DNA from: an uncultured Planctomycetota bacterium
Lineage (GTDB): Bacteria > Planctomycetota > PLA2 > JAEUHO01
DNA: 64,000 bases
Assembly: GCA_963752285.1 (NCBI GenBank)
Contig: CAVVXN010000002.1
Location: 256,001-320,000 of the forward strand
Direction: 5' to 3'
Position 1 is the first letter of the stretch, and each line of letters starts with the position of its first letter. The notes beneath the pieces are model-generated. The model had not been told where the DNA came from, did not search any database, and saw only the letters and a list, made by a program, of their open reading frames with translations. Position numbers and translations under genes: made by a program. This document shows, piece by piece, positions 20,332 to 29,037 of this stretch.

Positions 20332-22208
20332 TGCGCCCGGCCTTCCTCCAGGTCGAGATCCTGGGGCCGCGCGCGACCCTCGACCGGTGGCTCGAGGGCG
20401 TCCAGGAGCACGGGCGCTGCCACGTGGTGGACGCCCTGCTCGGTCTGGAGGGCGAGCCGGGGATCAGCCGCCCCACGCCGACGCGCGACGAGAACGACGC
20501 CGCGACGATGCGGAGCGAGGCGCTCCGTCGGCTCCGTGCCGTGGAGCGCGTCCTCCCTCGCACCGCGCCGGACGGGAACGGGTCGGCGCCGCGCCCCTCG
20601 TTCTCGGTCGGCGCCTCGGGCCAGGGCCTCGCCGACGTCGAGCGCGACGCGGCCGCGGCGGGGTCCGTGGGCGGGAAGATCCTCGCCGCGCTCGAGGCCG
20701 GCCGCGACGCGGACCGCAGCGTGGAAGCGGCGGAGGCGCGCCAGCTGCTCCTGTCAGCGCTCCCGCCGGCGCGGTCCGATCCGCTCGGCGTCGCGTATGC
20801 ATTTTCCGCGGAGCGTCCCGTGCCGCGCCGCCGGCTCGAGCGGTTCACGCGCGACGGCGCCTCGGTGTGGCGCGCGGTCGGTGAGCGGCAGGCGGTCGTC
20901 GTGCTCGACGTGCCGTCCGGCCAGGAGGACCGCTTCGGACAGGAGCTCGCGCGCCTCGGAGGCCGGAAGGTCGAGTGGGAGCCGGACCTGCTCCAGGGCG
21001 GTCGGGCCGCCGCGCTCGCGCGCGCGACCGAGGCGCTCGCGCACGCGAAGGCGCGCGACCGCGAGGCGCTCGGCGCGCTCCGCCGCGTCGTGGACGCCGA
21101 GGGCCCTCGCGCGCGCCGGTTCCTCGACGCGCTCGAGGACGCCGAGGCACGCGCGCGCCTCCGCGACCGCCTCGCGACGACGGAGCAGGTGACGGCGCTC
21201 CGCGCGTGGGTCCCGTCCGAGGACGTGGACGCGCTCGAGACGCGGCTCCGGGTACGGGTCGGCCCGGAGGTGGTCGTGCGCGCGCTCGGCGACGGTACGG
21301 ACGCGCCTGCGGCGCCGCGGCGCGTGGCGCCGGTCCCCCTGGCCGCACTCCAGGGGGTCGGAGCGCGGCGCTTCGGCGAGGTCACGGCGCCCGCGCTGCT
21401 GGCGCTCGCCGTGCCCATCGCCTTCGGGCTCGCCTGGGCCGACCTCGCGGGCGGGCTGCTCCTCCTCCTCGGTGGCGCGTTCCTCCAGATCGGCGCGGTG
21501 CCCGGCTCGCCGCGGCGCGACACGTCGCTCCTGGCGGAGGTCGCGGGTCTCGGCGCGCTCCTCGGGGGCCTGCTCGCGGGGCACGGCTTCGGCGCCCTCG
21601 GCGCGTCGTGGTTCGGGGTCGGCTGGGGCTTCCTCCCCGGGGAGGGCGGCTGGGCGGAGTGGCCCTCGGCCCTCCGGTTCACGTGGATCGTCGGCGCGGC
21701 GGCGGCCGCGGGCGCGGCGTGGGGGCTCGGCGTCGCGAGCGGTCGGGCGCGGGGCGGCGGACCCGCCGGCGCGCGCGCGGGTCTCGGCGTCGCGCTGCCG
21801 CTGGTCGTGGTCGCCGGCGCGGCCGCGGCGACGCTCCCCGCCGGGACGGTCCTGCACGCGCTGTGGTGGACCGCGCCGGTCGCGGCGATCGCGCTGCTCG
21901 TCGTGGCGGGGCTCCGCGAGGGCGGAGGTCGGCTGGTCCTCGACCTGGCCGCCACGGTCCGTCTCGTCGCGGTCCCGCTCTTCGCGCTCGAGGTCGCGTC
22001 CCGGGTCTTCGCGCGCCTCGCGGCCGACCCGTCGGCGGCGGGCTGGATCGTCGGCGTGCCTCTCCTCGCCGTCGCGACGCTGGCCGCGGTCGTGGACCCG
22101 GCGCACGTGGCGATGGGCGTGCCCTACGATCTCTCCCTCGGAGGTCGTGCGCTCGCCGAGCCGTACGCGCCGTTCGCGAGGCGTGGCCGGGACGGAGGTG
22201 AGCGATGA
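20328..22208 (+). CDS. Diverged V/A-type ATPase subunit I (a / NtpI)-like membrane protein
   Basis: Collinear with NtpI: ILGPRATLDRWLEGVQEHGRCHVVD, TEQVTALRAWVPSEDV, FGEVTAPALLALAVPIAFGLAWADLAGG (cf. YGEIDP..FPxFFGxMFGD), LAATVRLVA (cf. LSYxRLxA) and a terminal PYAPF. Confidence 0.75.
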   Translation: MMRPAFLQVEILGPRATLDRWLEGVQEHGRCHVVDALLGLEGEPGISRPTPTRDENDAATMRSEALRRLRAVERVLPRTAPDGNGSAPRPSFSVGASGQGLADVERDAAAAGSVGGKILAALEAGRDADRSVEAAEARQLLLSALPPARSDPLGVAYAFSAERPVPRRRLERFTRDGASVWRAVGERQAVVVLDVPSGQEDRFGQELARLGGRKVEWEPDLLQGGRAAALARATEALAHAKARDREALGALRRVVDAEGPRARRFLDALEDAEARARLRDRLATTEQVTALRAWVPSEDVDALETRLRVRVGPEVVVRALGDGTDAPAAPRRVAPVPLAALQGVGARRFGEVTAPALLALAVPIAFGLAWADLAGGLLLLLGGAFLQIGAVPGSPRRDTSLLAEVAGLGALLGGLLAGHGFGALGASWFGVGWGFLPGEGGWAEWPSALRFTWIVGAAAAAGAAWGLGVASGRARGGGPAGARAGLGVALPLVVVAGAAAATLPAGTVLHALWWTAPVAAIALLVVAGLREGGGRLVLDLAATVRLVAVPLFALEVASRVFARLAADPSAAGWIVGVPLLAVATLAAVVDPAHVAMGVPYDLSLGGRALAEPYAPFARRGRDGGER

Positions 22209-22858
22209 GCACCGCTCCCGACCTCCAACCGCTCCTCGACGCGGTGATCGAGCACGCGCACGCACGATGCCGCCATGCCGAGGACCGCGCCGCGGCGAGG
22301 CGGCGCGAGCTCCTCCTCGCCGCGGAGGACCACGTGCATGCGCTCGAGGAGGCGGCGCGCGAGATCGGCCGTACGCGCGGCGCGTCCGCGGACCTCGCCG
22401 CCTCGCGCGAGGCGCGGGCCGAGGTCGAGAAGGTCGCGAGCGAGGCCTTCGACCGTCTTCTCGAACGCTTCGAGCGTCGCGTGAAGCTGGCCCTCGAGGC
22501 CCTGCCTTCGAGCCCGAGGTACGGCGACGCGATCGGGGGGTGGGCGCGCGCGGCTGCCAGGCAGATCGATGGGCCCGTGGAGGTGCACACGGCGCCGCGT
22601 GACCGCGAGGCGGTGTACGAGGCGCTGCTCCAGGCCGGCGTGGAGGACTTCCGCGTGCGCGCCGAGCGGCGGATCGGGTGCGGGTTCGTCGTCCGCGACA
22701 TGGACGGGCGCACGGTCGCCGACCTGCGGCCCGAGGCCCTGGTCGCGTCCCGGAGGCCGGACCTCCGCCGCCTTCTCGAGGCCGTCGTGCCCCGCCCGAC
22801 AGGACTGGTCCCCGTCGATCCCGAGCCCGCCACGCCGGCCTCCGGCGGTCGCGCGTGA
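22205..22858 (+). CDS. V/A-type ATPase subunit E-like protein
   Basis: N-terminal coiled coil, then VHTAPRDRE and IGCGFVVRDMDGRTVADLRPEAL (cf. GGxxxxSxDGRIxxDNTxEARL). ATGA overlap. Confidence 0.75.
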   Translation: MSTAPDLQPLLDAVIEHAHARCRHAEDRAAARRRELLLAAEDHVHALEEAAREIGRTRGASADLAASREARAEVEKVASEAFDRLLERFERRVKLALEALPSSPRYGDAIGGWARAAARQIDGPVEVHTAPRDREAVYEALLQAGVEDFRVRAERRIGCGFVVRDMDGRTVADLRPEALVASRRPDLRRLLEAVVPRPTGLVPVDPEPATPASGGRA

Positions 22859-23892
22859 CGGCGGGACGCGTCCGCCGTCTCCGCCGCCTCCTCGGCGCCG
22901 GCCTCCTCGGGGCGCTCCTCCTGGGGCTCGTCCTCCTGCTCGCCCGACCCGGCGTCCACGGGCCCCTCGCGCGGGCGTTCCAGACGATCGCCCGGGACGC
23001 CTTCGGCGACGACGCAGGCGACCTGGGGCTTTTGCTCGACGACACCTCGGGACTCGGGCTCGGCGACCCCGTCTTCCGCGCAGACCGGCCCTCCGGGCTC
23101 GAGCCGGCGGGCTGGGTGGCCTCCATCGGGGCGGGGCGGGTCACGATCCGGCTCGCGCCGGGGGAGCGCCTCGACGGGGCGTGGCGGCTCGTCCGCCTCG
23201 GCGCGCCGCGCGGCCTCGCGGACGCCTGGCGCCTCGCGGTCCCGCCGGAGGCGGGCCGCGCGCTCGCCGCGCGGGCGAAGGAGGAGCTTTCGGGACTGCT
23301 CCAGGAGAGCGTCCTCCCCGAGCTCCGCCGGCGACTGCCCGAGTTCCTCTCGCGGGTGGACCCTCGCCACGATCCGCGCGCCCGCGCGGTGCTCGACGGG
23401 GTCGGCGCCGCGGTGGCGGAGCGCCTTCGGCCTCTGGCCGACGAGCTCGTGCGCTACGTGGGACGCGACCTCGAGAAGCGGTTCGGGTTCCTCGACCGCG
23501 TCTCGCTCCTCTTGAAGTACCTCCGCGGCGACACCGACGCACTCCGAGGCGAGCTGGTCCCGGCGGCGACCGAGAGCGCAACGCGGTGGTGGGCGGCGCG
23601 CCGGGACGCGGTCCTGACGGCCGTAGGCGAGGCGCTGCTCGCCGAGGCGAAGCCCGTGGGGACGTGGCTCGTGGAGGCGGTGCTGCCCGCCGCGCGGGAC
23701 ACCCTCCTCCGGCCCGTCCTCGACGCCCAGGCGCCGGCCATCGAGCGTTCGGCCCAGCGGGTGCTCGACGACGCCACGCGGCTCGTGGTGGAGGCGCCGG
23801 AGGGCGGTTTCCGCGTCCGCTTCGCGGCGGCGGTCCGAAGCCGGCTCCTCGAGAAGCGAGGTCCGCTGCTCCTCCTGGAGCGCGCGCCGTGA
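22855..23892 (+). CDS. MCE/MlaD-like protein (N-terminal TM, MCE domain, long helical C-terminus)
   Basis: TM anchor, then LDDTSGLGLGDPV...PAGWVASI...VTIRL, resembling the MCE signature (GLxxGxxV...VGxVxxI). Adjacent to an MlaE-domain gene. Confidence 0.6.
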   Translation: MTAGRVRRLRRLLGAGLLGALLLGLVLLLARPGVHGPLARAFQTIARDAFGDDAGDLGLLLDDTSGLGLGDPVFRADRPSGLEPAGWVASIGAGRVTIRLAPGERLDGAWRLVRLGAPRGLADAWRLAVPPEAGRALAARAKEELSGLLQESVLPELRRRLPEFLSRVDPRHDPRARAVLDGVGAAVAERLRPLADELVRYVGRDLEKRFGFLDRVSLLLKYLRGDTDALRGELVPAATESATRWWAARRDAVLTAVGEALLAEAKPVGTWLVEAVLPAARDTLLRPVLDAQAPAIERSAQRVLDDATRLVVEAPEGGFRVRFAAAVRSRLLEKRGPLLLLERAP

Positions 23893-25433
23893 GCGGAGCG
23901 CCGCAGCCGCTCCTCGAGGTCGAAGGGCTCGACGTCGTGGAGCGCGGCCGCCGGCTCGTCCTGCGGTCCTCGTTCGTCGTTCGCGAGGGCCAACGCGCGC
24001 TGCTGGTGGGACCGTCCGGCGCGGGCAAGTCGCTCTTCGTGGACCTTCTCCTCGGCTTCGCGGGACCCGAGACGCCGGAGCTCGTCGTGTCCGGGTCGAT
24101 CCGCCTCGACGGACACGAACGGCTCGGCGCGCCCCCCGACCCGTCGCTCGGCGCCGTGTTCCAGATCCACCGTCCGGGGCTCTTCGACGACCTGAGCGTC
24201 ACGCAGAACCTCGCGTTCGGCGCGTCGGACGCCGAGCGGCAGCGGGAGGCGGCGGCGGCGTTCCATCTCGGCGCGCTCGAACGACCCGTCGCGACGCTCT
24301 CCGGCGGCGAGCAGGTCCGGACCTCCCTGGTCCGGACGTTGCTCCACGGCGCCGAGATCCTCGTCCTCGACGAGCCCACGACCGGGCTCGACGAGAGCGC
24401 GAGGCGCCAGGTGGTGGACGCGATCGCGAAGGCCCACCGCCGCTTGACGCTCGTGGTCACGCACGACCTCGACGCGTTCGAGGGCTTCGCCGACGTCGTG
24501 CTCCTCCTCGACGCGGAGAGCCGGACGATCCGTCCCCTCGACCGCGGCGGGGAGGGCTGGGCCGCGGTCCGAGCCGCGCTCTCCCGTCGGGCGCCGCCTC
24601 CCCCGGCCGCACCCGACGGGACGCCGCGCCGGGCCACGCGCCTCCTCCGCGCCGGCGCGCGGGTCGCCGAGGGCGCGACCGAAGTCGCCGCCGACGCGCT
24701 CGTGGCGCTCCTCGCGCCGTTCGCGTGGCTGGCCGCGTTCCACCCGCTCCACGGGCCGCGCGTGCGCGGCGCGCTCCGCCGGGATCTCGCCCCGGGCGTC
24801 GCCGTCTTCGTCGGGCTGGCCTCCATCCTGATCGGCGTCACCGCGACCCACTTCCTCTTCGAACGGCTCCCGCAGCGCCCGTACGCGGAGGCGCTCTTCC
24901 TCGACGACCTCCTCGCCGGGCTCGGCGTGGTGCAGGTCCGGGTCGTGGTGCCCCTGCTCGTGTCGATCCTCCTCGCCGCGAAGCTCGGCGCCTCGACCGC
25001 CGCGTGGCTCGGTCACATGAGCCGGACGCGACAGATCGACGCCCTGCGCCTGCTCCACGTCCCGGTCCGCCGTCACCTGCTGCTGCCCGCCGCGGGGGGG
25101 CAACTCGCCGCGTCCCTCGTCCACACCACGATCGCCCTCGCGGGCGTGTTCCTGACCTCGCTCGTCGTGTTCCTGTGGGACCACCCCGGCTGGTCCGCCC
25201 GGTACGCGTGGCGCGCGTGGTTCGAGGAGGTGCACGGCCTGGACCTCGCGTGGGTGGCCGCGAAGGTCGGGCTCTCCGCCGTCGCCGTGGCCGCGATCGC
25301 CTTCCGGGCGGGCGTCACGCCGAAGCGGCGCCCGGAGGAGATCGTGTCCGCGATCCACGCCACCCTCTTGGGCGCGTTGCTCGCGGTTCTCGCGGTGCAC
25401 GCGGCGTTCGCGTTCCTGGAGTTCGCACGCTGA
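23889..25433 (+). CDS. Fused ABC ATPase (MlaF-like) and MlaE-family permease
   Basis: GPSGAGKS, LSGGEQ, LVLDEP and VTHD. The C-terminal half has VPLLVSILLAAKLGASTAAWLGHMSRTRQIDALRLL, the MlaE signature. Confidence 0.85.
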   Translation: MSGAPQPLLEVEGLDVVERGRRLVLRSSFVVREGQRALLVGPSGAGKSLFVDLLLGFAGPETPELVVSGSIRLDGHERLGAPPDPSLGAVFQIHRPGLFDDLSVTQNLAFGASDAERQREAAAAFHLGALERPVATLSGGEQVRTSLVRTLLHGAEILVLDEPTTGLDESARRQVVDAIAKAHRRLTLVVTHDLDAFEGFADVVLLLDAESRTIRPLDRGGEGWAAVRAALSRRAPPPPAAPDGTPRRATRLLRAGARVAEGATEVAADALVALLAPFAWLAAFHPLHGPRVRGALRRDLAPGVAVFVGLASILIGVTATHFLFERLPQRPYAEALFLDDLLAGLGVVQVRVVVPLLVSILLAAKLGASTAAWLGHMSRTRQIDALRLLHVPVRRHLLLPAAGGQLAASLVHTTIALAGVFLTSLVVFLWDHPGWSARYAWRAWFEEVHGLDLAWVAAKVGLSAVAVAAIAFRAGVTPKRRPEEIVSAIHATLLGALLAVLAVHAAFAFLEFAR

Positions 25434-25469
25434 GGAGGCGCGTCCTGGGGGCGGGAGCGCGCCGGCGGG

Positions 25470-26348
25470 TCAGCGTTCGTCGTCCTGATCGATGAAGAGG
25501 ACCTTCAGGTCGTGCTTGTGGTCTCGGACCATCAGGTTCCAGTCGTCCCACCGGGTCAGGTGCTGGCCCGTCAGCTCGTTCAAGGCGGTGGGGATGACGC
25601 CCGAGAGCTGCCCCCAGCGGTCGGTCCCCGAGCTCCCGCTCGCCGGCGGGATGTACTGGCCCGTGTTCGGGTCGTCCTTGCCGGGGCGCGCCCGACCGGG
25701 CTTGTCCTTCACGAGCGTGCCCACGAGGTCCTCGACGATCTTCTTGCGCAGACGCCACGACGCGTGGCGAAACTTCCCGAGCGCCTGCGCGGCGAGCGCG
25801 GCGATCCGGAAGTTCTCCGAGTCCTCGACGACCTTGAGGAGAGGCAGCACGAGCGAGTCGTCGCCGATCGCCCCCGCGGCGTCGATCGCGGTCGAGAGCC
25901 ACGGATCGACCTCGTCGTCTTGCTTCTTCACCGGCTCGATGAACGACTTCACGTACCGCGCCCCGTCGGGATGACCCATGTCGCCGAGGGCCTTGAGACC
26001 CGCCTTCCTCACGTCCGCGTCGCGCTCGCGCTTCAGAAGCAGGCCGACGGCCTTCACGAGGTGCTCGCGGGCCGCCTTCACGTCGGGGTGGCCCGCTGCC
26101 TCCTTGTAGAGCGCGACGGCGAGTTCCATGTCCTTCTGGAGCGCGGGCACCTGGTCGGCCTTCGCGTGGTCGTCGATCTGGTCCTCGTGCGCGGAGACCT
26201 TCTCCATGATGGGGGGCGATGCGGCGGGCGGATCGTCCTTCGCGATCGACGCCCGGGCCGCGATCGTGAAGATGAACAGCACGACGATCGACGCTGCGAT
26301 CCGCGCACGAACGCGGACGGGCACGACACGAGCCGTCGATGAACGCAT
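25470..26348 (-). CDS. Exported HEAT-repeat-like protein
   Basis: Signal peptide ending ARA and helical repeats (VRKAGLKALGDMG, AIDAAGAIGD, AAQALGKF). SD AAGGGGAG. Confidence 0.7.
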   Translation of the reverse strand: MRSSTARVVPVRVRARIAASIVVLFIFTIAARASIAKDDPPAASPPIMEKVSAHEDQIDDHAKADQVPALQKDMELAVALYKEAAGHPDVKAAREHLVKAVGLLLKRERDADVRKAGLKALGDMGHPDGARYVKSFIEPVKKQDDEVDPWLSTAIDAAGAIGDDSLVLPLLKVVEDSENFRIAALAAQALGKFRHASWRLRKKIVEDLVGTLVKDKPGRARPGKDDPNTGQYIPPASGSSGTDRWGQLSGVIPTALNELTGQHLTRWDDWNLMVRDHKHDLKVLFIDQDDER

Positions 26349-26562
26349 CGGACTCCCCTTTCGACGAGACGAACCACCACGGGGAGGACGCCGTCACGTA
26401 CGCGCGTTCCCCGCGCGGCGCGGCTCGTGCCCCCGTCCCCGGCCCTCGGGCGCCCTTCGGCCCGCGGTCCCCGGGGCGGCATCCTCCGCCTGGCTCGAGC
26501 ACCTATTCAGACGTCATCGGCCGGCGGATGGTTTGCCACGTTCTCGAAAGGGGACGTAAGGA

Positions 26563-26608
26563 CCACGGGACGAGACTTTAGACTAGAGCCTAAAGTCTCG
26601 GCCCGTGG
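26563..26608. repeat. Long inverted repeat (terminator, operator or recombination-site candidate)
   Basis: CCACGGG-A-CGAGACTTTAG-(ACTAGAGC)-CTAAAGTCTCG-G-CCCGTGG: perfect 11-bp inner arms, an 8-nt spacer and 7-bp outer arms. Confidence 0.8.
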
Positions 26609-26651
26609 GCGCGTCGTCGCCACGCGGGGGCGCCGTCGGGCGCCGGCCGGG

Positions 26652-28781
26652 TCAGGGAACCGTGGGGTACGGGAGGTCCGTCGCGTCGAGCGGACCGGCC
26701 ATCGTGCTGAGGAGGACGCCGGTTGGGAGCTGGCGCGTCACGTCGCGGAAGAACGCCTCGCGGCCCGCGCCGAGCCCGGTGAGGGACGCGCGCGGCACGG
26801 GCACGTTCGGCAGCACGACCTCGGGGAAGTGCGCCGTGATCTGGCCCGTCGTGTCCGGGACCACCGTGCCCGTCACCGTGAAGTCGGAGTCCGGGTTCCG
26901 CCCGGGCCACGTTCCCGGCGGGAACATCGTCGAGTCGGTCGCGAGGGTCGCGGCGACCGTGAACGGCATCACCGACAAGAGCTCGGCGGTGGAGGTGGCC
27001 ACGCGACGTCGCGTCGCGAACTGCCACGCGACGCGGATCGGAGCCGGCGCCGTATCGCCCTCGAAGTAGGCGGGCACGCGCACGATCTGGGTGCCGGGGA
27101 TCGCCTGCCCCGTCCCGTCCCGCGCGGTGCCGAGATACGTCGCGTTCGTGCCGCCCTCCGGGATCAACGCGGAGCCCGGGTCGGGGCTCAGGACCACGTC
27201 CGGGTTGCCGTTCGCGAGGTCGAACGTGACCAGGTAGTACACGCCGCCCGGGTCGCCGCTCGACGAGCCGGAGCTGCGGTAGGGCAGCCAGGCACCGATG
27301 CGGCCCGCGAGATCGTGGACGAGGTCGTCCGTCACGGGCGCGGACGGCGGGTCCACCGTCGTCAGGTTGTAGACGAGCGGAAGTCCCGGGACCCAGCGCG
27401 TGTCCGGGTCGGAGGTCGCCGTGTCGATCGCGCCCGTCAGCAGCGCGACGCCGCTCATCCACGTGAAGGGCGCCTTGTTGAGCGGGGGCTCGGAGGGCGC
27501 GGGCACGGCCGGCTCCTCGCCGGGAAGCGTCGGCGGCGGGACGTTCGGCTTGTTCGGACCGCTGCCGACCGCCTCGCGGTGCCCGATCGCCAGCACCTCG
27601 ATGTCCATCGAGTTGAGCGCCTCGATGGTCGCCTGGAGCGTCGCGGCGCCCGTCGGCGCGACGGGGATCGCGCCGGTCTCGTCGCCGAAGCGGGCGTAGG
27701 CCTGCTGACTCGTCGCGTCGCTCGCGAAGCCGGGGGGGAAGCCGCCCGGAGCCACCGGGGAGGCGGCCGCGAAGGCCTGCACGCTGGTGATCGTCTCGCT
27801 CGGGCGCGGTCCCGTGCCGGGCGCGCTCGGCGTGTTGGAGACGGACGCGTCGAGCGCGGTCCCCTCGACGAGCGGCGTGATCGTCGCGATGTCGCTGTAC
27901 ACCACGATGAACCGGATGGAGTTCGGGCGCCAGCCGGCCCCGCCGAGGCTGCCGCTCGAGCGCGTGTCGCCCACGATCCACTCGGGCTCGCCGTCGTCGT
28001 CCGTGCCCTGACTCCCGAGTGCGAAGGGCGGGACGTCGCCCGAGCTGCCCGGGGCGAGCTGCGTCGTCTCGAGGCCCACGCTTCCGCTGTCGAGGTTCGA
28101 GCTGTTGCCGTCGCCGTCGAAGCCGGTTCCCGTCGCGAGCTGGTAGAGCGCCTCGAGCGCGGATTGCGCGTCCACGGGGTCGCGGCCGCCGTCACCCGGG
28201 GTGGTGCGCGAGAGCGCGAGCGAGAAGAGCGAGGCGAAGAGCTGGTTGCCCTGCCGCAGGATGGGCTGGTTCAGGATGAACGGACGCGCGAGCCCGTCGA
28301 TCGGCAGCGCGACCTGCGTGGGGTCGCCGGCCTGGGGGCCCGACCGCACGAAGTTGGCGTAGTCCTCGAAGCGCGAGACGCCGAAGGCCAGGTCGAAGTC
28401 GGAGGTCTGGCCGAGCCCCTCCGAGACGAGCTGGTTCAGCAGACGGTCCTTCGCGTCGCGAAAGACCTCCTGGGCGACGACGGACTTGATGCGGCCGTCG
28501 CCCGGCGTCTGGATCTCGCCGAGGACGATGTCCGAGTTCGGCTCGGGCGTGTCCTTCGTGTTGAAGAACGAGTCGTCGAGCAGGAACATCACGTCCACCT
28601 TGAGCGGCCCGTTCTGAGGCCGCACCGCGACGGGGGGCAGCTCGATGCCGACCTGCCCAACCGAGGTGGTCTGCGCCTGGAGCTGCAGGGTCCCGGAGTC
28701 CTCGGCGCAGCAGCCTGCGACGAAGCCCAGGAGACTGGCGATCGAGAGGATCCTCACCGCCTTGATCGTGGGTCGCGTCAT
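26652..28781 (-). CDS. Large lipoprotein with a vWA (integrin-beta I-like) domain
   Basis: Lipobox-like GFVAGC, with VDVMFLLDDS, FGVSRFED, ALEALYQLATG and GWRPNSIRFIVVYSD. Confidence 0.7.
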   Translation of the reverse strand: MTRPTIKAVRILSIASLLGFVAGCCAEDSGTLQLQAQTTSVGQVGIELPPVAVRPQNGPLKVDVMFLLDDSFFNTKDTPEPNSDIVLGEIQTPGDGRIKSVVAQEVFRDAKDRLLNQLVSEGLGQTSDFDLAFGVSRFEDYANFVRSGPQAGDPTQVALPIDGLARPFILNQPILRQGNQLFASLFSLALSRTTPGDGGRDPVDAQSALEALYQLATGTGFDGDGNSSNLDSGSVGLETTQLAPGSSGDVPPFALGSQGTDDDGEPEWIVGDTRSSGSLGGAGWRPNSIRFIVVYSDIATITPLVEGTALDASVSNTPSAPGTGPRPSETITSVQAFAAASPVAPGGFPPGFASDATSQQAYARFGDETGAIPVAPTGAATLQATIEALNSMDIEVLAIGHREAVGSGPNKPNVPPPTLPGEEPAVPAPSEPPLNKAPFTWMSGVALLTGAIDTATSDPDTRWVPGLPLVYNLTTVDPPSAPVTDDLVHDLAGRIGAWLPYRSSGSSSGDPGGVYYLVTFDLANGNPDVVLSPDPGSALIPEGGTNATYLGTARDGTGQAIPGTQIVRVPAYFEGDTAPAPIRVAWQFATRRRVATSTAELLSVMPFTVAATLATDSTMFPPGTWPGRNPDSDFTVTGTVVPDTTGQITAHFPEVVLPNVPVPRASLTGLGAGREAFFRDVTRQLPTGVLLSTMAGPLDATDLPYPTVP

Positions 28782-29037
28782 GATCGTCAGCCCTCCCGCC
28801 CGGCCGCTGGCCACCGGTTCTTCACCGGGCGACGCCAGCACGCGGGCACATCCCGGGCCCGCCCGGAGCGAGCCCCGCGGACCGGCGCCCGGCCGGCCCT
28901 CCTAAGTCCCTGTCCCGAAACGGGTTGCAGACCCTCGCGAGGTCCGCCCGCACGCCCCGGACGCCCCCCGCCCGTCGACTCCGGACATCGGACGTCGAAA
29001 CCCGAGGACATTCCTCCTCCGCGTCCGCCCATCCGGA

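Noticed and set aside
28880..28900. Possible sigma-54 promoter next to the second copy of the 29-bp motif
   Set aside because: Only a GG-N10-GC within pure GC sequence, lacking the TGGC/TTGC context, so it is expected by chance.
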